The position numbers and the translations under genes are program-made. This document shows, in pieces, positions 14,123 to 28,770 of a stretch of 64,000 nucleotides of DNA. Within the stretch, counting starts at the first letter, position 1, and each line of letters starts with the position of its first letter. The stretch comes from Octopus vulgaris (lineage: Eukaryota), in the NCBI GenBank assembly GCA_951406725.2, contig OX597830.1:60512001-60576000 (forward strand), given 5' to 3'. The notes beneath the pieces are model-generated. The model did no database searches, was not told where the DNA came from, and saw only the letters and a program-made list of their open reading frames with translations.

Positions 14123-14325
14123 GCGGCAAGCTGGCCGAATCGTTAGCATGCCGGACAAAATGCTTAGCGTATTTTGTCTATCTCTACTTCTGAGTACAAA
14201 TTAAGCCGAGGTCGATTTTCCCGTTTATCCTTACGTTGTCGATAAAATAAGTACCACTTAAGAATTGGGGTCGATGTAATCGGTTTACTCCCTCCGCCAA
14301 AATTGCTGGCTTTGCGCCAAATTTC
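14123..14325 (+). mobile_element. SINE group C copy, diverged
   Basis: gcggcaagctggccgaatcgttagc head and gtcgataaaataagtacc domain. Confidence 0.75.
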
Positions 14326-14692
14326 GATCTGCCCACTGGTATTGCTTATAGTTATTGGCTTTTAAATCATCCTCTTCATTCTATGAAAGAAAACAGAGCC
14401 AAGCGTCGGCTACCAACGAGAACCGCTTGAAACATGGGAAGCCACCACCAACATCAATCAAATGTAGATATGCACTGCAAGTATAGAAAACAAGCTTAAT
14501 GCTGTTGTTGAACGGGCATTTCGTTACCATCGTGCCTTTATTGCATACTTTATCAAGACCTACTGCCCTGTCATTATTTAAGAGAGTAGGGTTATCTGAG
14601 GGAGATTTGGTTTCTATTTATTGCGGGTTGAGCAACTGTGTAGCAGTCTTTGTCTCTTGTCTGGAAAATTGAATGTTTCTTTAAAATTTTCT

Positions 14693-14979
14693 GTGGTTTT
14701 ATACTGTCAACTTAACGTGACAGTCCTGTAAGGGAATTACCTCACCGTTGTTTAGCCCTAGGAAGCATCGACGTTTCTTGTCGGCCTTGACACATTTCCT
14801 GTGTCCTTATATATTTACGAAGGGGAGACAAATACCCCCCAACAGTTGTCTCCCCTTCATAAATATATAAGGACACAGGAAATGTGTCGAGGCCGACAGG
14901 AAGCGTCGATGCTTCCTAGGGCTAAACAGCGGTGGTGTAATTCCCCTACTGTCACGTTAAGTTGACAGTATACAACCAC
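14693..14979. mobile_element. Long palindrome related to 8779-9150
   Basis: Arms 14693-14831 and 14846-14979 are reverse complements with several mismatches and a small indel; tct flanks both ends. Confidence 0.88.
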
Positions 14980-15905
14980 TCTATCGCTCCACCACCGTAC
15001 ACATCTCTATGAGATATTTAGAAATCTAATATTTCTGATTTCAGTGGTTGTTTAATATATTTCATGCACCAATCATAAATGAGAAACTGGGAGATATTAT
15101 AATCGGAAGCAGACAATACCTTGGACGTCTGTTTCAATTGTCAACTGATTATCATCTTACTTTTGTTGGACATCATTTGTAGCTCAACTGAGCTCTGTCC
15201 TATTAGCGGATCCATGCAAACCATAGACTGGATCACCTTTCCAGAAAACCGCTGACTCGTAGTTATCACCAGGAACACATGCCGTACAACTGCTGTTGAT
15301 TGTGAAATATGACGTAAGTGCACGAACTGTTCTTCTACATGAGCCGGAGGATATGAACATTTTGCTAAGGTCAAAGCTTGCACACATAAATATAACTGTG
15401 TGGTGTGTGCGCGTACGTACGTGCGTGCATGCGCGTGCGCTCCGTGTGCGTGCGCTCCGTGTGTGTGCGCATGTTTGTGTGTGTTGAACAAAACAGGAGA
15501 AACAGAACTCGATATATGAGTATATATACTTATTTATTTTTAATTGGCAGAAAGTCACAAAAGTGAACCACGAGGTGAGAGTTTCGACCATTGTACCTAT
15601 ATACACATGTGTGTGTGCCTGTGCGTATGGGCGCTTGTTTGCGTACGTGTATGTGTATGTGTGTGCATGTATGTGTGTGTGAGCATGTTTGCATTGTGGT
15701 AGAAACGCATAAAAACGTTCGCAACAATCTCGTGTTAGCGGTGTGTAGAGTTGTAGAAATGTCTGTTTAAGCATAAGGAATACAATGATTACAATTCCGT
15801 ACAAAAGTCTCATTGGACCCGTTGCTGGATGCAGCGGACCAAGAGACCGAGGAAGCAAAATTGTAATCGGAAATCTAATAGCAGTTTATTCCACACTACA
15901 TTAAA

Positions 15906-15938
<33 letters not shown>

Positions 15939-15940
<2 letters not shown>

Positions 15941-16108
15941 CAGAGGTCAGGCTATGTGGTAAGAAACTTGCTTCCCATCCACATCGTTTAGGGTTCAATC
16001 CCATCAGTCCCACTGCGGGGCACCTTGAGCAAGTGTCTTCTACTATAGCCTCGGGTCGACCAAAGCCTTATGAGTGGATTTGGTAGACGGAAACTGAAAG
16101 AAGCTCAT
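15939..16108 (+). mobile_element. SINE A 5' half (probable 3' half at 17945-18200)
   Basis: Head through ggaaactgaaagaagc, then (TA)n interrupted by nested inserts. Confidence 0.82.
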
Positions 16109-16149
16109 CATATATATATATATATATCGTGCACATACAACTCTGAAAT

Positions 16150-17554
16150 GTCAGTTTCGACCTCCTCCTGGCTTGATTCTGTAAACTACGAAACAAAGGT
16201 ATTCTGAAGGAGCAAGGTCGGAAGAATAAGGAATTTTTTCCCAACCAAGCCCTTCGATCTTCTGTGATGTGATCTTTGCAGTGTGGGGTCGTGCATTGTC
16301 CTGATGAAACATCACTCCTTTTTGATTCACTAAAGCTGATCTTTTTTTCTTCAAAGCTTGGTTCAAACGCTCTAATTGCTGACAGTAGACTTGAGCATTG
16401 ATTGTTGCATTAGGTGGTAACAATTCAAAGTGAATTACTCCTTTGCAATCCCACCTGATAGAGAGAAGAACCTTTTTTTCATGAAGTTCCCTTCTTTGTT
16501 GTGGTGGTGCTTTTTCCTTTTTAGCAGCCATTCTTTACTCTTTTACATGTTTCAATCATTTGACAGAGGCCATGCTGGAGCATCACCTTTAGTCGAGTAA
16601 ATCTACCACAGGACTTATTCTTTGTAAGCCTAGTACTTATCCTATCGGTATCTTTTGCCGAACCGCTAAGTAATGAGGACGTAAACACACCAGCATCAGT
16701 TGTTAAGCGATGTTGGGGGGACAAACTTAGACACACAAACATATACACACACATATATATGCACATATGTATAATGGGCTTCTTTCAGTTTCCGTCTACC
16801 AAATCCACTCACAAGGCTTTGGTTGGCCCGAGGCTATAGTAAAAGACTACTTACCACACAGCCTACGCCACTGTTTACGACGTTTAACATTTCGATAGAA
16901 GATCCATTTTTCGTCACCAGTCACAAGTCTATCCAAAAAGGGTGAAATTAGTTCGCGAGAATAGAGAGAAGTGCAGATGTCAACTCGGGATTTGCGGTTG
17001 CTTTCCGACAATTCATGAGGCACCCATTTTCCAAGTTTAGGAACCTTTCCAAGTTGTTGAAGATGACAATGAACAGTTGTATGGCTTCAACTAAGCTTTA
17101 TTGCCAATTCTTCAACTGATAATTCAGAATTTTCTTCAAGTAATGGCCCAAGAAGCTTATCATCAAACTCAACTGGACGTCCTATTTGATCTTCATCTTC
17201 AAGGCTGAAATCTCCACTTCTGAATTTTGCAAACCATCTTCTGCAAGTTCTTTCATTCAAGCATTCTTTCCCATAAACTGAGTGTATGTTTCGAGTCGCT
17301 TCGGCTGCAGACTTTCCATTTTTGTACTCATAAAGCATTATCTGCTTCAAATGCTGTTTGGATACTTCCATGTTAGAAAGGGTTTTAATCAAAGAAATTT
17401 TAATTCTATTATTCTGTAAAATAATATTTAATTAGTTTAAATGTACACAAATGCATAAAAACATTTTTAATTCCATTTGATATTCTAAAATACTATTAAA
17501 TTTCATTCAATTTTAAAAAAGGTAAAATCAGACAGAACTTATGGGATGACCTGA
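16150..17554 (-). mobile_element. Mariner (Tc1/mariner) transposon relic, 3'-truncated and split by a SINE
   Basis: HTH region (ORF 17087-17392), WVPHEL, LVTGDEKW, FHQDNARPH and YSSDLAPSEY (cf. YSPDLAPSDY) motifs; 5' TIR TCAGGTCATCCCATAAGTTCTGTC next to TA at 17555; in-frame stop present. Confidence 0.93.
16531..16868 (-). mobile_element. SINE A (internally deleted) inserted in the mariner catalytic domain
   Basis: Interrupts ...RRKQW / ..KKEKAPP; a short tggc is shared at both junctions. Confidence 0.88.
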
Positions 17555-17569
17555 TATATATATATATAT

Positions 17570-17692
17570 CTTTTTTTAATAATTTTGATATATATTTAAA
17601 ATAATATAAATTAATTAATCATATGTATTGGCTTAAGTTTTTCATTGTATGATTTGCCTAATAGTGGTTTTATCTCTAATTTAATATAATAT
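17570..17692 (+). mobile_element. Second copy of the distal end of the 6700-6975 element
   Basis: atgtattggcttaagttt..cattgtatgRtttgcctaatagtggttttatctctaatttaatataat is shared. Confidence 0.8.
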
Positions 17693-17698
17693 ATATAG

Positions 17699-17729
<31 letters not shown>

Positions 17730-17733
<4 letters not shown>

Positions 17734-17936
17734 ATGAAATCTATGTAAGAATTTATTAAGTAATCAGCATGAAAAACCAGTTATGGGGAAAATTTATACA
17801 AAATATATAATTAATTTATTCCCTTTTCAATACATTTATTATATTTAGGGCATTACTACACGTGAATACCTCACGTTATAAGGGACTCTTAGCGTGATGC
17901 ATTTACGTGTAGTAATGCACTTGATATAATAAATAC
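17730..17936. mobile_element. Fold-back insert in (TA)n: ~100-bp leader plus ~50-bp-arm hairpin
   Basis: Hairpin 17834-17934. The leader (cagcatg...tatggg...atacaaaatatataatta) is a reverse-complement homolog of 47005-47085. Confidence 0.72.
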
Positions 17937-17944
17937 ATATATGT

Positions 17945-18200
17945 GTGGGTGGATGGGGTGTGTGTGTCTTTGTGTCTATGTTTATCCTCCCCTCACCATC
18001 ACTACTTGACGACCGGTGTTGGTGTGTTCACTAACGATTCTACAAAAAACCTAACGATTCTACAAAAAAGACCGTTAGGATAAGTACTACGCTTAAAAAA
18101 TAAGTCCTAGGGTTAAGTTGTTCGGTTAAACCCCTTCAAGGCAGTACTCCAATATGGTTGCATCTCAAATGACTGAAACAAGTAAAAGGAATAAAAGAAA
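17945..18200 (+). mobile_element. SINE A 3' half
   Basis: gtgtctttgtgtctatgttt...gaccgttaggataagtact...atgactgaaacaagtaaaag. Confidence 0.8.
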
Positions 18201-18209
18201 TGCCGGAAT

Positions 18210-18537
18210 CTTATGAGATTCCATCATTTGCTGCTGACGCGAAGACGACGCACGAGCGTTCAGCGTTTTTGCCGAACGACCTGCACAAATGATTTGTTTG
18301 TAGTGATCGAAGGAATGCGCTGTGCATTAACTCCTTCCCTCCCTCCATCAAATTGTCATTACCTGTGCAGGTGAACGGTGTACCACACGTCAGATGTCGA
18401 AGTGATTGGATCGGAGTGAAGCGTGAGCTGGAATGTTTTGCCCAAAAACACAACACGCCGCCTGGCCGGGGAACAGAACGCCTAATCTAGCGATCATGAG
18501 TGCAACAGCCTAACCACTAGGCCACGCGCCTTCACAC
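18210..18537 (-). mobile_element. tRNA-derived SINE (group B-type head, different body)
   Basis: Head gtgaaggcgcgtggcctagtggttagg is shared with the 18689, 24779 and 54887 copies. Confidence 0.7.
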
Positions 18538-18610
18538 ACATGCAATACGTAGGAATGTGCGTCTGTACGTGTGTGTGTGTGTGTGTGTGTGTGTTTATAT
18601 CTATATAGAT

Positions 18611-18645
<35 letters not shown>

Positions 18646-18688
18646 CACTAACGAAGAACTTTATCTCAATGAGAATACAGCAGGTTCT

Positions 18689-18979
18689 GTGGAGGCACAT
18701 GGCCTAGTGGTTAGAGCAGCGGACTCGCGGTCGAGGGATCGCGGGTTCGAATCTCAGACCGGGCGATGTGTGTGTTTATGAGCGAAAACACCTAAGCTCC
18801 ACGCGGCTCCGGCAGAAGGTAATGGCGAACTTCTGCTGACTCTTTCGCTACAACTTTCTCTCACTCTTTCCTCCTGCATCTTGCAGCTCACCTGCGACGG
18901 ACCGGTGTCCCGTCCAGGTGTGGAAACCGGGAAACCAGCCCTTATGAGCCCGGCATGGCTCGAGAAGGAACAAACAACA
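18689..18979 (+). mobile_element. SINE group B (tRNA-like head, V-domain-like body) with 12-bp TSD
   Basis: A box tggcctagtgg, B box gggttcgaatc, cctgcgacggaccggtgtcccgtccagg, (CAA)n tail; TSD acagcaggttct at 18677-18688 and 18980-18991. Confidence 0.92.
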
Positions 18980-19102
18980 ACAGCAGGTTCTCATACATCT
19001 AATATACTGAACTGCAAATCTTCAGTCATCCAAACAACTAGTGTCAATGAATGTAGTTCAATAAGATCACTTGATCGAAATTCTTGGACAATATAGACAA
19101 TA

Positions 19103-19273
19103 GGCGCAGGAGTGGCTGTGTGGTAAGTAGCTTGCAAACCAACCACATGGTTCCGGGTTCAGTCCCACTGCGTGGCATCTTGGGCAAGTGTCTTCTGCTA
19201 TGGCCTCGGGCCGATCAATGCCTTGTGAATGGATTTGGTAGACGGAAACTGAAAGAAGCCTGTCGTATATATG

Positions 19274-19339
<66 letters not shown>

Positions 19340-19535
19340 TGTCTGTGTTTGTCCCCCTAGCATTGCTTGACAACCGATGCAGGTGTGTTTACGTCCCCGT
19401 CACTTAGCGGTTCGGCAAAAGAGACCGCTAGAATAAGTACTGGGCTTACAAAGAATAAGTCCCGTGGTCGATTTGCTCGACTAAAGGCGGTGCTCCAGCA
19501 TGGCCGCAGTCAAATGGCTGAAACAAGTAAAAGAG
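19103..19535 (+). mobile_element. SINE group A, full length (reference copy)
   Basis: A box tggctgtgtgg, B box gggttcagtccc, CORE-like segment, internal (TA)n(TG)n, 3' tail ggtgctccagcatggccgcagtc...ctgaaacaagtaaaagag. Confidence 0.93.
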
Positions 19536-19903
19536 TGAGAGAGAATGTCGATTGGACAGATCTGGTGTTTAAAGATAACTGGAGAACGCAGCGGAAATGT
19601 TTCAAAGTCAGAAGGACTCCAAAGAGAAACATTCCATTCATTTTGCAAGACTACACGTGACCAACGAATTATTAGGAGTAGAGGGAATGCAGAAATGCTG
19701 GTTGTGAACACCACTAATATATCTCAAGGAGGGCGTTCTGCACAATAAACACAGAATATATGTATAAATATTCTAATCTGTTAGCATAATAGGACTTTGA
19801 TGATTGTGAGCATGTATGTGCATATTTGTTATATATATATATATATACATTATACATATTATACTGTATTTCCAGTGTAGATATAAGTATATACATAAGG
19901 ATA

Positions 19904-19943
<40 letters not shown>

Positions 19944-20179
19944 TATATAGATATGCAATGATATAGACAGTTATTGATAACACATTGTAATTTGAGGTTT
20001 CAAACTCAGCTTGTGCGCAACAGTCGTTAGACGACCAGCTTCACCTTTTCTTAAAATGCCCGAAACATGACTGTCAAAGAATAAGCGTTGCACATGGGCT
20101 GGCTATGTTTCTGTTGCCGAGTTGCTATATAGGCTCAATGTTGCGTATTATTATTTCATGGACAAACGCCCATATAGTA

Positions 20180-20846
<667 letters not shown>

Positions 20847-22071
20847 CACACACACACAAGCACATTTATTTACATACACACACATGCACGCACACACACA
20901 CTCACACACGTCACGTATAAAGGCATTTTTCTCCTTGTGTATACACTTATGCATTGTCGGAATCATTGCAAGTGCAGCAAGCAAAGCAGGTTGCACCTTA
21001 AGGCTACAACTGCAATGCACTCATAGTGTCATCGTGTGAACAATGTAGCAGCTGCAGCAAAAGATGCATCATGTGTGTTCCAATAAATCTTTTATTGATT
21101 ATCGAATCAATAAACCCCATCATCACGAACTGCAGCATTGGTGCTTCGATCAGCGTCGCCGTCATCATCATCATCATCATCATCATCAGAAAGTGCAACG
21201 GTATTGTTACTCCCCTCACTCTCAAAGCCATCAGTAGCAATTGCATACCCCCACTACTATTACATCATTTACCCCCGCTTTTTCAGCTGTCACGTTATCA
21301 CCACCCCCACCATCACGTACTCTACAGCTCCACGACCACCACTGCTGATATTACCATTCCTTCCAATCGCAAATGATCATCGTATGTAATTAAAAAGCCC
21401 AATGCACTACATATGCAATAAGGTGGAATGGCCACGGCTTAAACTGTTATGGCTGATTTAGAGGCGCTGACATGGGGTTAAACAACAATAGTTACTGTAG
21501 CAGTAATCAACAATTGTATCAGAACTACCACCTGAACTACAATTAAAAGTATTTCATATTGTAACAAGGACCGAAACACCATCGCAAAAATACTACCACC
21601 TCTAGTACGGACAATTGTGATTTTACGACTGCAGCCCATGCTATCAATTTTTTCACCATTACCTTCAGTAACAAGAATACTTCGCCAACTTAAAAATGAG
21701 AAGCAAAGAAAACATTGGTTAATGTAGTTCTAGAGATACAACGTCTGAAAATACGACAGGGTTGTCATGGCTATAACGCCTTTCATCATTAGTCTGTTTG
21801 ATCAGGTCTGGTTGGGTCTATACAACATTTCTGCTTCTAGCATTATTTAGACTAACATCTCTATCAGCACTACACTATCACCACCACAACCTCCACCACC
21901 ACAATCACCACCACCACCACCACCACTACTACTACTACACTTTCAGCCTATACCATCATTATACTTTCCATCCAATCTGCGGCATTAAGATGAAAGCAAT
22001 TAGATAATTATTGCCGAAATTACTATGTAAACAGCGATCCCTTATTTTTTCTTGAACTCCTTTCACATCAA

Positions 22072-22133
22072 TGACGTCATTATCACTGACGTCACTACCA
22101 ACAGCAACTAGGGGCAACGTACTACTGACGTCA
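22072..22133. promoter_or_regulatory. Cluster of three perfect TGACGTCA (CRE) palindromes
   Basis: TGACGTCA at 22072-22079, 22087-22094 and 22126-22133; function is untested. Confidence 0.35.
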
Positions 22134-22456
22134 CCAACATCTCTAGGCAAGCCATCTTTGATGTCACTATCACCAGTGACTCGGGGCGACATTACCATTC
22201 TTTTTAACTGCACCACCACCACCACCACCTGCATCAAGAACAACAACAACTAGTCGATGATGAAGACTCCATAATCTCTCGAACTGCTGGAAATGGCAGT
22301 CGTATTCCAGTCGAATTATACAATACCGTCTTTGAGAGAGGACATGTTGGATAAGGCAGTCATAAATGTGCAATGGCTGAGAAAAAGAAAGGAAACGATT
22401 ATGGATAAAACACCTTTGGTCATATATCGATTCCCTCTGGGTTGATTTGGGGCTTC

Positions 22457-22477
22457 ACAACAGCAACAACAACAACA

Positions 22478-22517
<40 letters not shown>

Positions 22518-22518
22518 T

Positions 22519-22558
<40 letters not shown>

Positions 22559-22827
22559 ACTACTACTACTGCTACTATTAACGCTGCTGCTACTGCTGGT
22601 GGTGGTGATGGTGATTGTGGTGCTACTACTACTACTACTACTGTTATTATTATTATTATTATTACTACTACTTCTACTACTTCTATTACTACTACTACAA
22701 CTACTACGACTATTATTATTATTATTATTACTACTACTACTACTACTATTACTACTACTACTACTACTACTACTACAACTACTACTACTATTATTATTAT
22801 TATTACTACTACTTCTACTACTTCTAT

Positions 22828-22872
<45 letters not shown>

Positions 22873-23358
22873 AAGAACAATGCCATTAACTTTTATTGAT
22901 TAAATTCAGCGTGAAATTTGAGTGTGAAGGAAGGAGATGATTGAATGAAGAAGACATCGATGATCGCTTCTTGTTTTGGCAGGTTCCAAGAGGATGGGGG
23001 GGGGGAGGGGACTGAATGACAAGATCGCTCAAGCAAAAGAATTTCGATTCAGCGCTACAGGAACCTCTTCGCACCAACCAGCCACACAGGAGGGTTTATG
23101 TAAAGGAAGTAGGAGTAGAGGTAAATTCATTAACCGCAATATATTACTGGTACTAGTATCAGCTCTGAATAAATGAAAATTAAAGTTCACCATGGTGTGT
23201 TATACCTAGCTGGAGCACTGAGTAGCGAACTGGTAAGGTTTCTAGTTTCTGTTGAAATTTCTTCTCGTGTTCGTCACCATCATCCTCATCATCATCATCA
23301 CCACCACCACCAACTACCATCATCATCATCATCATCATCATCGCCACCACCACCAACT

Positions 23359-23398
<40 letters not shown>

Positions 23399-23461
23399 CC
23401 ACCACCACCAACTACCATCATCATCACCACCATCATCATCATCGCCACCACCACCACCATT

Positions 23462-23492
<31 letters not shown>

Positions 23493-23690
23493 CCATCATC
23501 ACCACCACCACCAACTACCATCATCATCACCACCATCATCATCATCGCCACCACCACCACCATTATCATCATCATCATCATCATCACCACCATCTTCATC
23601 ATCGCCACCACCACCACCATTATCATCATCATCACCACCATTATCATCATCATCACCACCACCACCACCAACAACTACCATCATCATCAT
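22457..23690. repeat. Compound trinucleotide fields (CAA/TAC/TGC/TAT at 22457-22872; CAT/CAC at 23275-23690)
   Basis: Seen directly; source of the poly-T, L, Y and H ORFs. Confidence 0.93.
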
Positions 23691-23861
23691 CTACACGTTA
23701 ACCGACCTTCTCCACGCCACATGAAGACGCAGACAGCTAGTTCGGATGAGCAGAGATCATTGTGGTAACAGAAGAAGCAGTGACATAAATAGAGTGACAG
23801 AGAGAGAGAGAGAGGCAGTGACAGAGAGAGAGAGAAGCAGTGACAGAGAGAGAGAGGCAGT

Positions 23862-23901
<40 letters not shown>

Positions 23902-24409
23902 CGTGTTTGTGGTGCAATGGTCGTAACGCGCTGGTGAGGTAATCTTTCCTTTGGATGCTGTCTCGGCCGTTTATACAAATATATAAGTTTCTTTATTGGC
24001 CACACAGGGCTGCACACAGATGGGACAAGTTACAAGGTAGAGCTTTTCTTTTGGGGGATGAAAAAAACAAAAAACAAAAGAAACAAAAAAGGGGGGGCGT
24101 AGGTTTTCGATCAAGAGGGATCGTAAAAGGGAAGAAAAGAACAAAAAAAAATTAAAAAATTAAAAATAAAAAAATAAAATAAGAAAAAAAGAAAAGGAAA
24201 AGGAACAAAAGAAAAAAGAAATGAAAAAAGAAGAAAAAAGGGGAAAAAAAGGGGAAGAGGAAAAAAAACGATCACAAATATATATGAGCAACATCGCAAT
24301 GAAGCTTTGCTTAGGTTGTCTGAAAGGAGATTTTTCTAGAATAATCAAAAACCATTTATAGGAGGAAACTTAAGATGGCATTTGACTAATGCTAATGTCT
24401 TTTATTTTT

Positions 24410-25258
<849 letters not shown>

Positions 25259-25734
25259 CATGTATGCATGGGTTTTTGCTACATTATCATTTTTGTTGTT
25301 GTCGTTGCTGTGAAGGCGCGTAGCTTAGTGGTTAGGATACTCAGCTCGCAATCATAAGGTCAGAAGGACGATTCCTAGCAGCGCGTTGTGTCCTTCGATT
25401 AAACACGTTGTTCCAGTCAACTCGGCTAACAACTGAACGTTAATTTCACGAGCTGGCTCTTCCGTTGATGACCATGAAAGGATTTTTTGCACGTTTTGGA
25501 GTACATAAACTCAAAAGAACAAGAGCACAGAAGCCGATGGATTCGGATGGTACTGGCGTACAGTGGCAACAAAACAGTTCGATCTGTAACGGAACACTCG
25601 TCGTCGTAACCGACGGAGTATCAGTTAGTTATGTTGTTGTTGTTGTTGTTGTTATTAGAGGTTTTTTGTATCCAATACTTCCGACTTTCTGTGTAATGTT
25701 TTGTGATGATTCAAAGAGATATATATATATATAA

Positions 25735-26058
25735 AAGTACAAAGTGAGATAGGGGTTATGAGTGTAACCCACTATGGGATATCAGTTATCCAATATACTG
25801 CCAGTGAAGTACCCAAAAGGCTACATATGACTAATATAGGCACAATGAGATACCTTTATCTACAGGCTGAAACAGCTGTAAGATCTATTTTATATGTATT
25901 ATTTTTATGGTATTATGTTACTTATTGATGTTTATTGTTTTATTCTGTTTTATTCTGTTGGATTTGGATGTTCCTATTTAAGTAGTTAATAAATAATATG
26001 AATTGGTATTATCTGTAAGTTGATGATTGAAAGGAATCTGTTCCTCCATTTTCTTATT

Positions 26059-26060
<2 letters not shown>
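25735..26060 (+). mobile_element. Rearranged putative pLTR fragment with the 3' half of a hammerhead
   Basis: ggct-GAAA-cagctg-TA-agat near 25865-25885. 25830-26060 matches 52485-52720, while 25735-25810 matches 52800-52895 in reverse. Confidence 0.62.
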
Positions 26061-26131
<71 letters not shown>

Positions 26132-26751
26132 GCAGAGGTCAGGCTATGTGGATGTTTAGATGATCTTTTGGTGTTATGTGTTGTCCGATTGTGTTTGGGA
26201 TTTGTGCTGAAATGCTCACAAGATTTTTTAAAACACAGAGGCGTCATGTATTCTTAAACTCGGCGTTCTAATTCGTATTCTTTCCTGTCGATAGTTTCCT
26301 CGTTCAACCTACATACCAATTCTGATCACTGCATTCTTTTCTACTCTTATGATTGAAGATCTAACAAGGTTTGTACCCTTTTATAAGCAGGTAAGGAGTA
26401 GTTTCAGAAATACGTGCCTGTTAATTCTAGCAGGTCGAACAATTGTGAAGAGGTTCCGTCACTGACTATAATTATTGTTTCTAGCTATAATTATTGTTAT
26501 TGCTGTTGTTGCTATCTAAACTAGACTTAAAACTATTGGTGAGAAAGCAAGTGTTGGCTATTAAGTGCTAACGATTGCCCGAAGCACTTAATGGTGTCAG
26601 CAGATGTCAGAGATTCGAAGTAAAGCAAAATTATGGGATGATGACGAGCAAATTATCACTTACGTCACTGGAAGCTGCAGTGACGTAGAAGTTATCAACA
26701 TAACGGTATTAATTGACCTGAGATGAGGGCTGTTGCGATACAACTAGCACG

Positions 26752-26822
<71 letters not shown>

Positions 26823-26845
26823 CATTATTATTATTAAATTTATTA

Positions 26846-26882
<37 letters not shown>

Positions 26883-26920
26883 ATTTATTATCATTATTAT
26901 TATTATTATTAAATTTATTA

Positions 26921-26984
<64 letters not shown>

Positions 26985-27070
26985 CATCATCATCATAATC
27001 ATCATCATCATCATCATTATCATCATCATCACCGTCATAATCATCATCATCATCATCATCATCGTTATTA
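26752..27070. repeat. (ATT)n/(ATC)n array
   Basis: Seen directly. Confidence 0.95.
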
Positions 27071-27269
27071 TTGTGAGTTCAGGGTTAGCAGCATTGTTAG
27101 AGTGTCAGACAAAATGCCTTGCTGTATTCCTTCCAACGCTCTACTTTGTGAGTTCAAATCCTGTGATGACTAACTTTATTTTTATTCTTCTGAGATCGAT
27201 AAAATAAAGCCCCAGTCAAGTTAACTGACTAATACCCTGCCCCCTAAAATTGCTGGCCTAGATGCCCAG

Positions 27270-27720
27270 GGTAATGCAATGTTGCAAGATATTAACAACA
27301 GGGAGAACACCTTTGATGCCTTCAAACTATCACGAGTTAGATGGAAAAGTTTCTTGAGACGTCTTAAGGCATTCTTAAAAATATATTGTCCGTTAGTTTC
27401 AGTGAACAATTGGTGTGTTGAAGATATGTAGAGACTGTGAGAGTGTAGTCATAGGCTAGTAAGAGTAAAAACCTCACAAACCTGTTCAGGCTGTTCCAAC
27501 TGTTTGACAGCTATGATCTGGATTTTCTTCATAAACCGTTGTAAACACGGATAAACTACATGTTTCATTCAGGCATGTTGCCCTAATGTACGTTGTCTGC
27601 GACTTTGGGTGTTTGGTTTCACGGGTCACAAATTCCCGAGATCTACAGTCATGGAAACTGACCACATCTTCAACTAGAGTAGTCTTAGGAACTGGTTTAG
27701 CGAACTAAAGTAGGAAGTGA
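27270..27720 (+). mobile_element. Highly decayed LINE (RTE-like) C-terminal relic
   Basis: Only weak motifs (DINNR..., RCLRLW...PRS) are recognisable. Confidence 0.3.
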
Positions 27721-28659
27721 AGGCGGCCATCATCAACAACGAGGGGTGAGTTGTGCAAGAAAGAAAAATTTGAAAAAGAAAATATTTTGCAAAGTAGCAA
27801 AAGAAGAGTAGAGAAGCAAGTAAATTGATTCGAAGAGGCGCATACAAGAGGAACTACAAATGATGATAATGAAAGGATACTTTTCACGTTCTGAGGTGCA
27901 AAACATGAGAGCACAAAGCCGATGGATCCGAGTGGTGCTGGCACACTGTAGCAGCAAAACAATTCCATCTGCGACGTACCAAACACAGGGCACAAGAAGA
28001 TGCGTTTGCAAATCAAACAATTCATCAGCCATTCCTTCGTCAGTGTCATCAGTATATTTTAAACTTTTGATGCTCTCTCTCCGATACCAATTGTACCCAT
28101 ACGGTCTTGAAAGGCATCGTTTATGGCTCCTTCCCAGGAAGCTATTGAAGGGAATTTGCGAGAGACGAAATCCCTATCTAACTTCTATGGTGATATGGAA
28201 CCACTCCAAGATGGTGTCTTTTTCCAAATTTTGGCGTAAAGCTGTTGGCTGGTGAAAATTAGCTTCTGTCCAAGCCGAATTTCTTCATTCTGGCAAATAA
28301 AGAAAGAATAATTCCAAATTCTACTAAATGCAAGGAAGGGTTTATTACTCGCATTATTTAATACAATGAGGTCAAGAATGGAGGTGATCGTATTGCACTC
28401 ATTCCTTCATTACGATCGTTTCGAAACTATTGAAAATAATGATTATGTAATATTACAACATGGAGGACATGTAGTAAGCTGTAATATCTAATAATCATTA
28501 TTTATTTTCATGATGTGTCTGAAATGTGTATTGTTGAAACGATCGCAATGCAGGATTAAATGTAATACCATTACTTCTATCCTTGAACTTACTACATATA
28601 TGTGTGTGTGTGTGTATGCATATGTTTATATATATGTACTTATGTCGCATGTGTTCATT

Positions 28660-28695
<36 letters not shown>

Positions 28696-28712
28696 AAGCA
28701 GAGAAAAAGCAG

Positions 28713-28770
<58 letters not shown>

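Noticed and set aside
15141-15858. Host exon or 224-aa ORF
   Set aside because: The frame is held open partly by low-complexity repeats; no recognisable domain or convincing splice pair.
18689-18770. tRNA gene
   Set aside because: The A/B boxes belong to a SINE head with body, tail and TSD; there is no complete cloverleaf.
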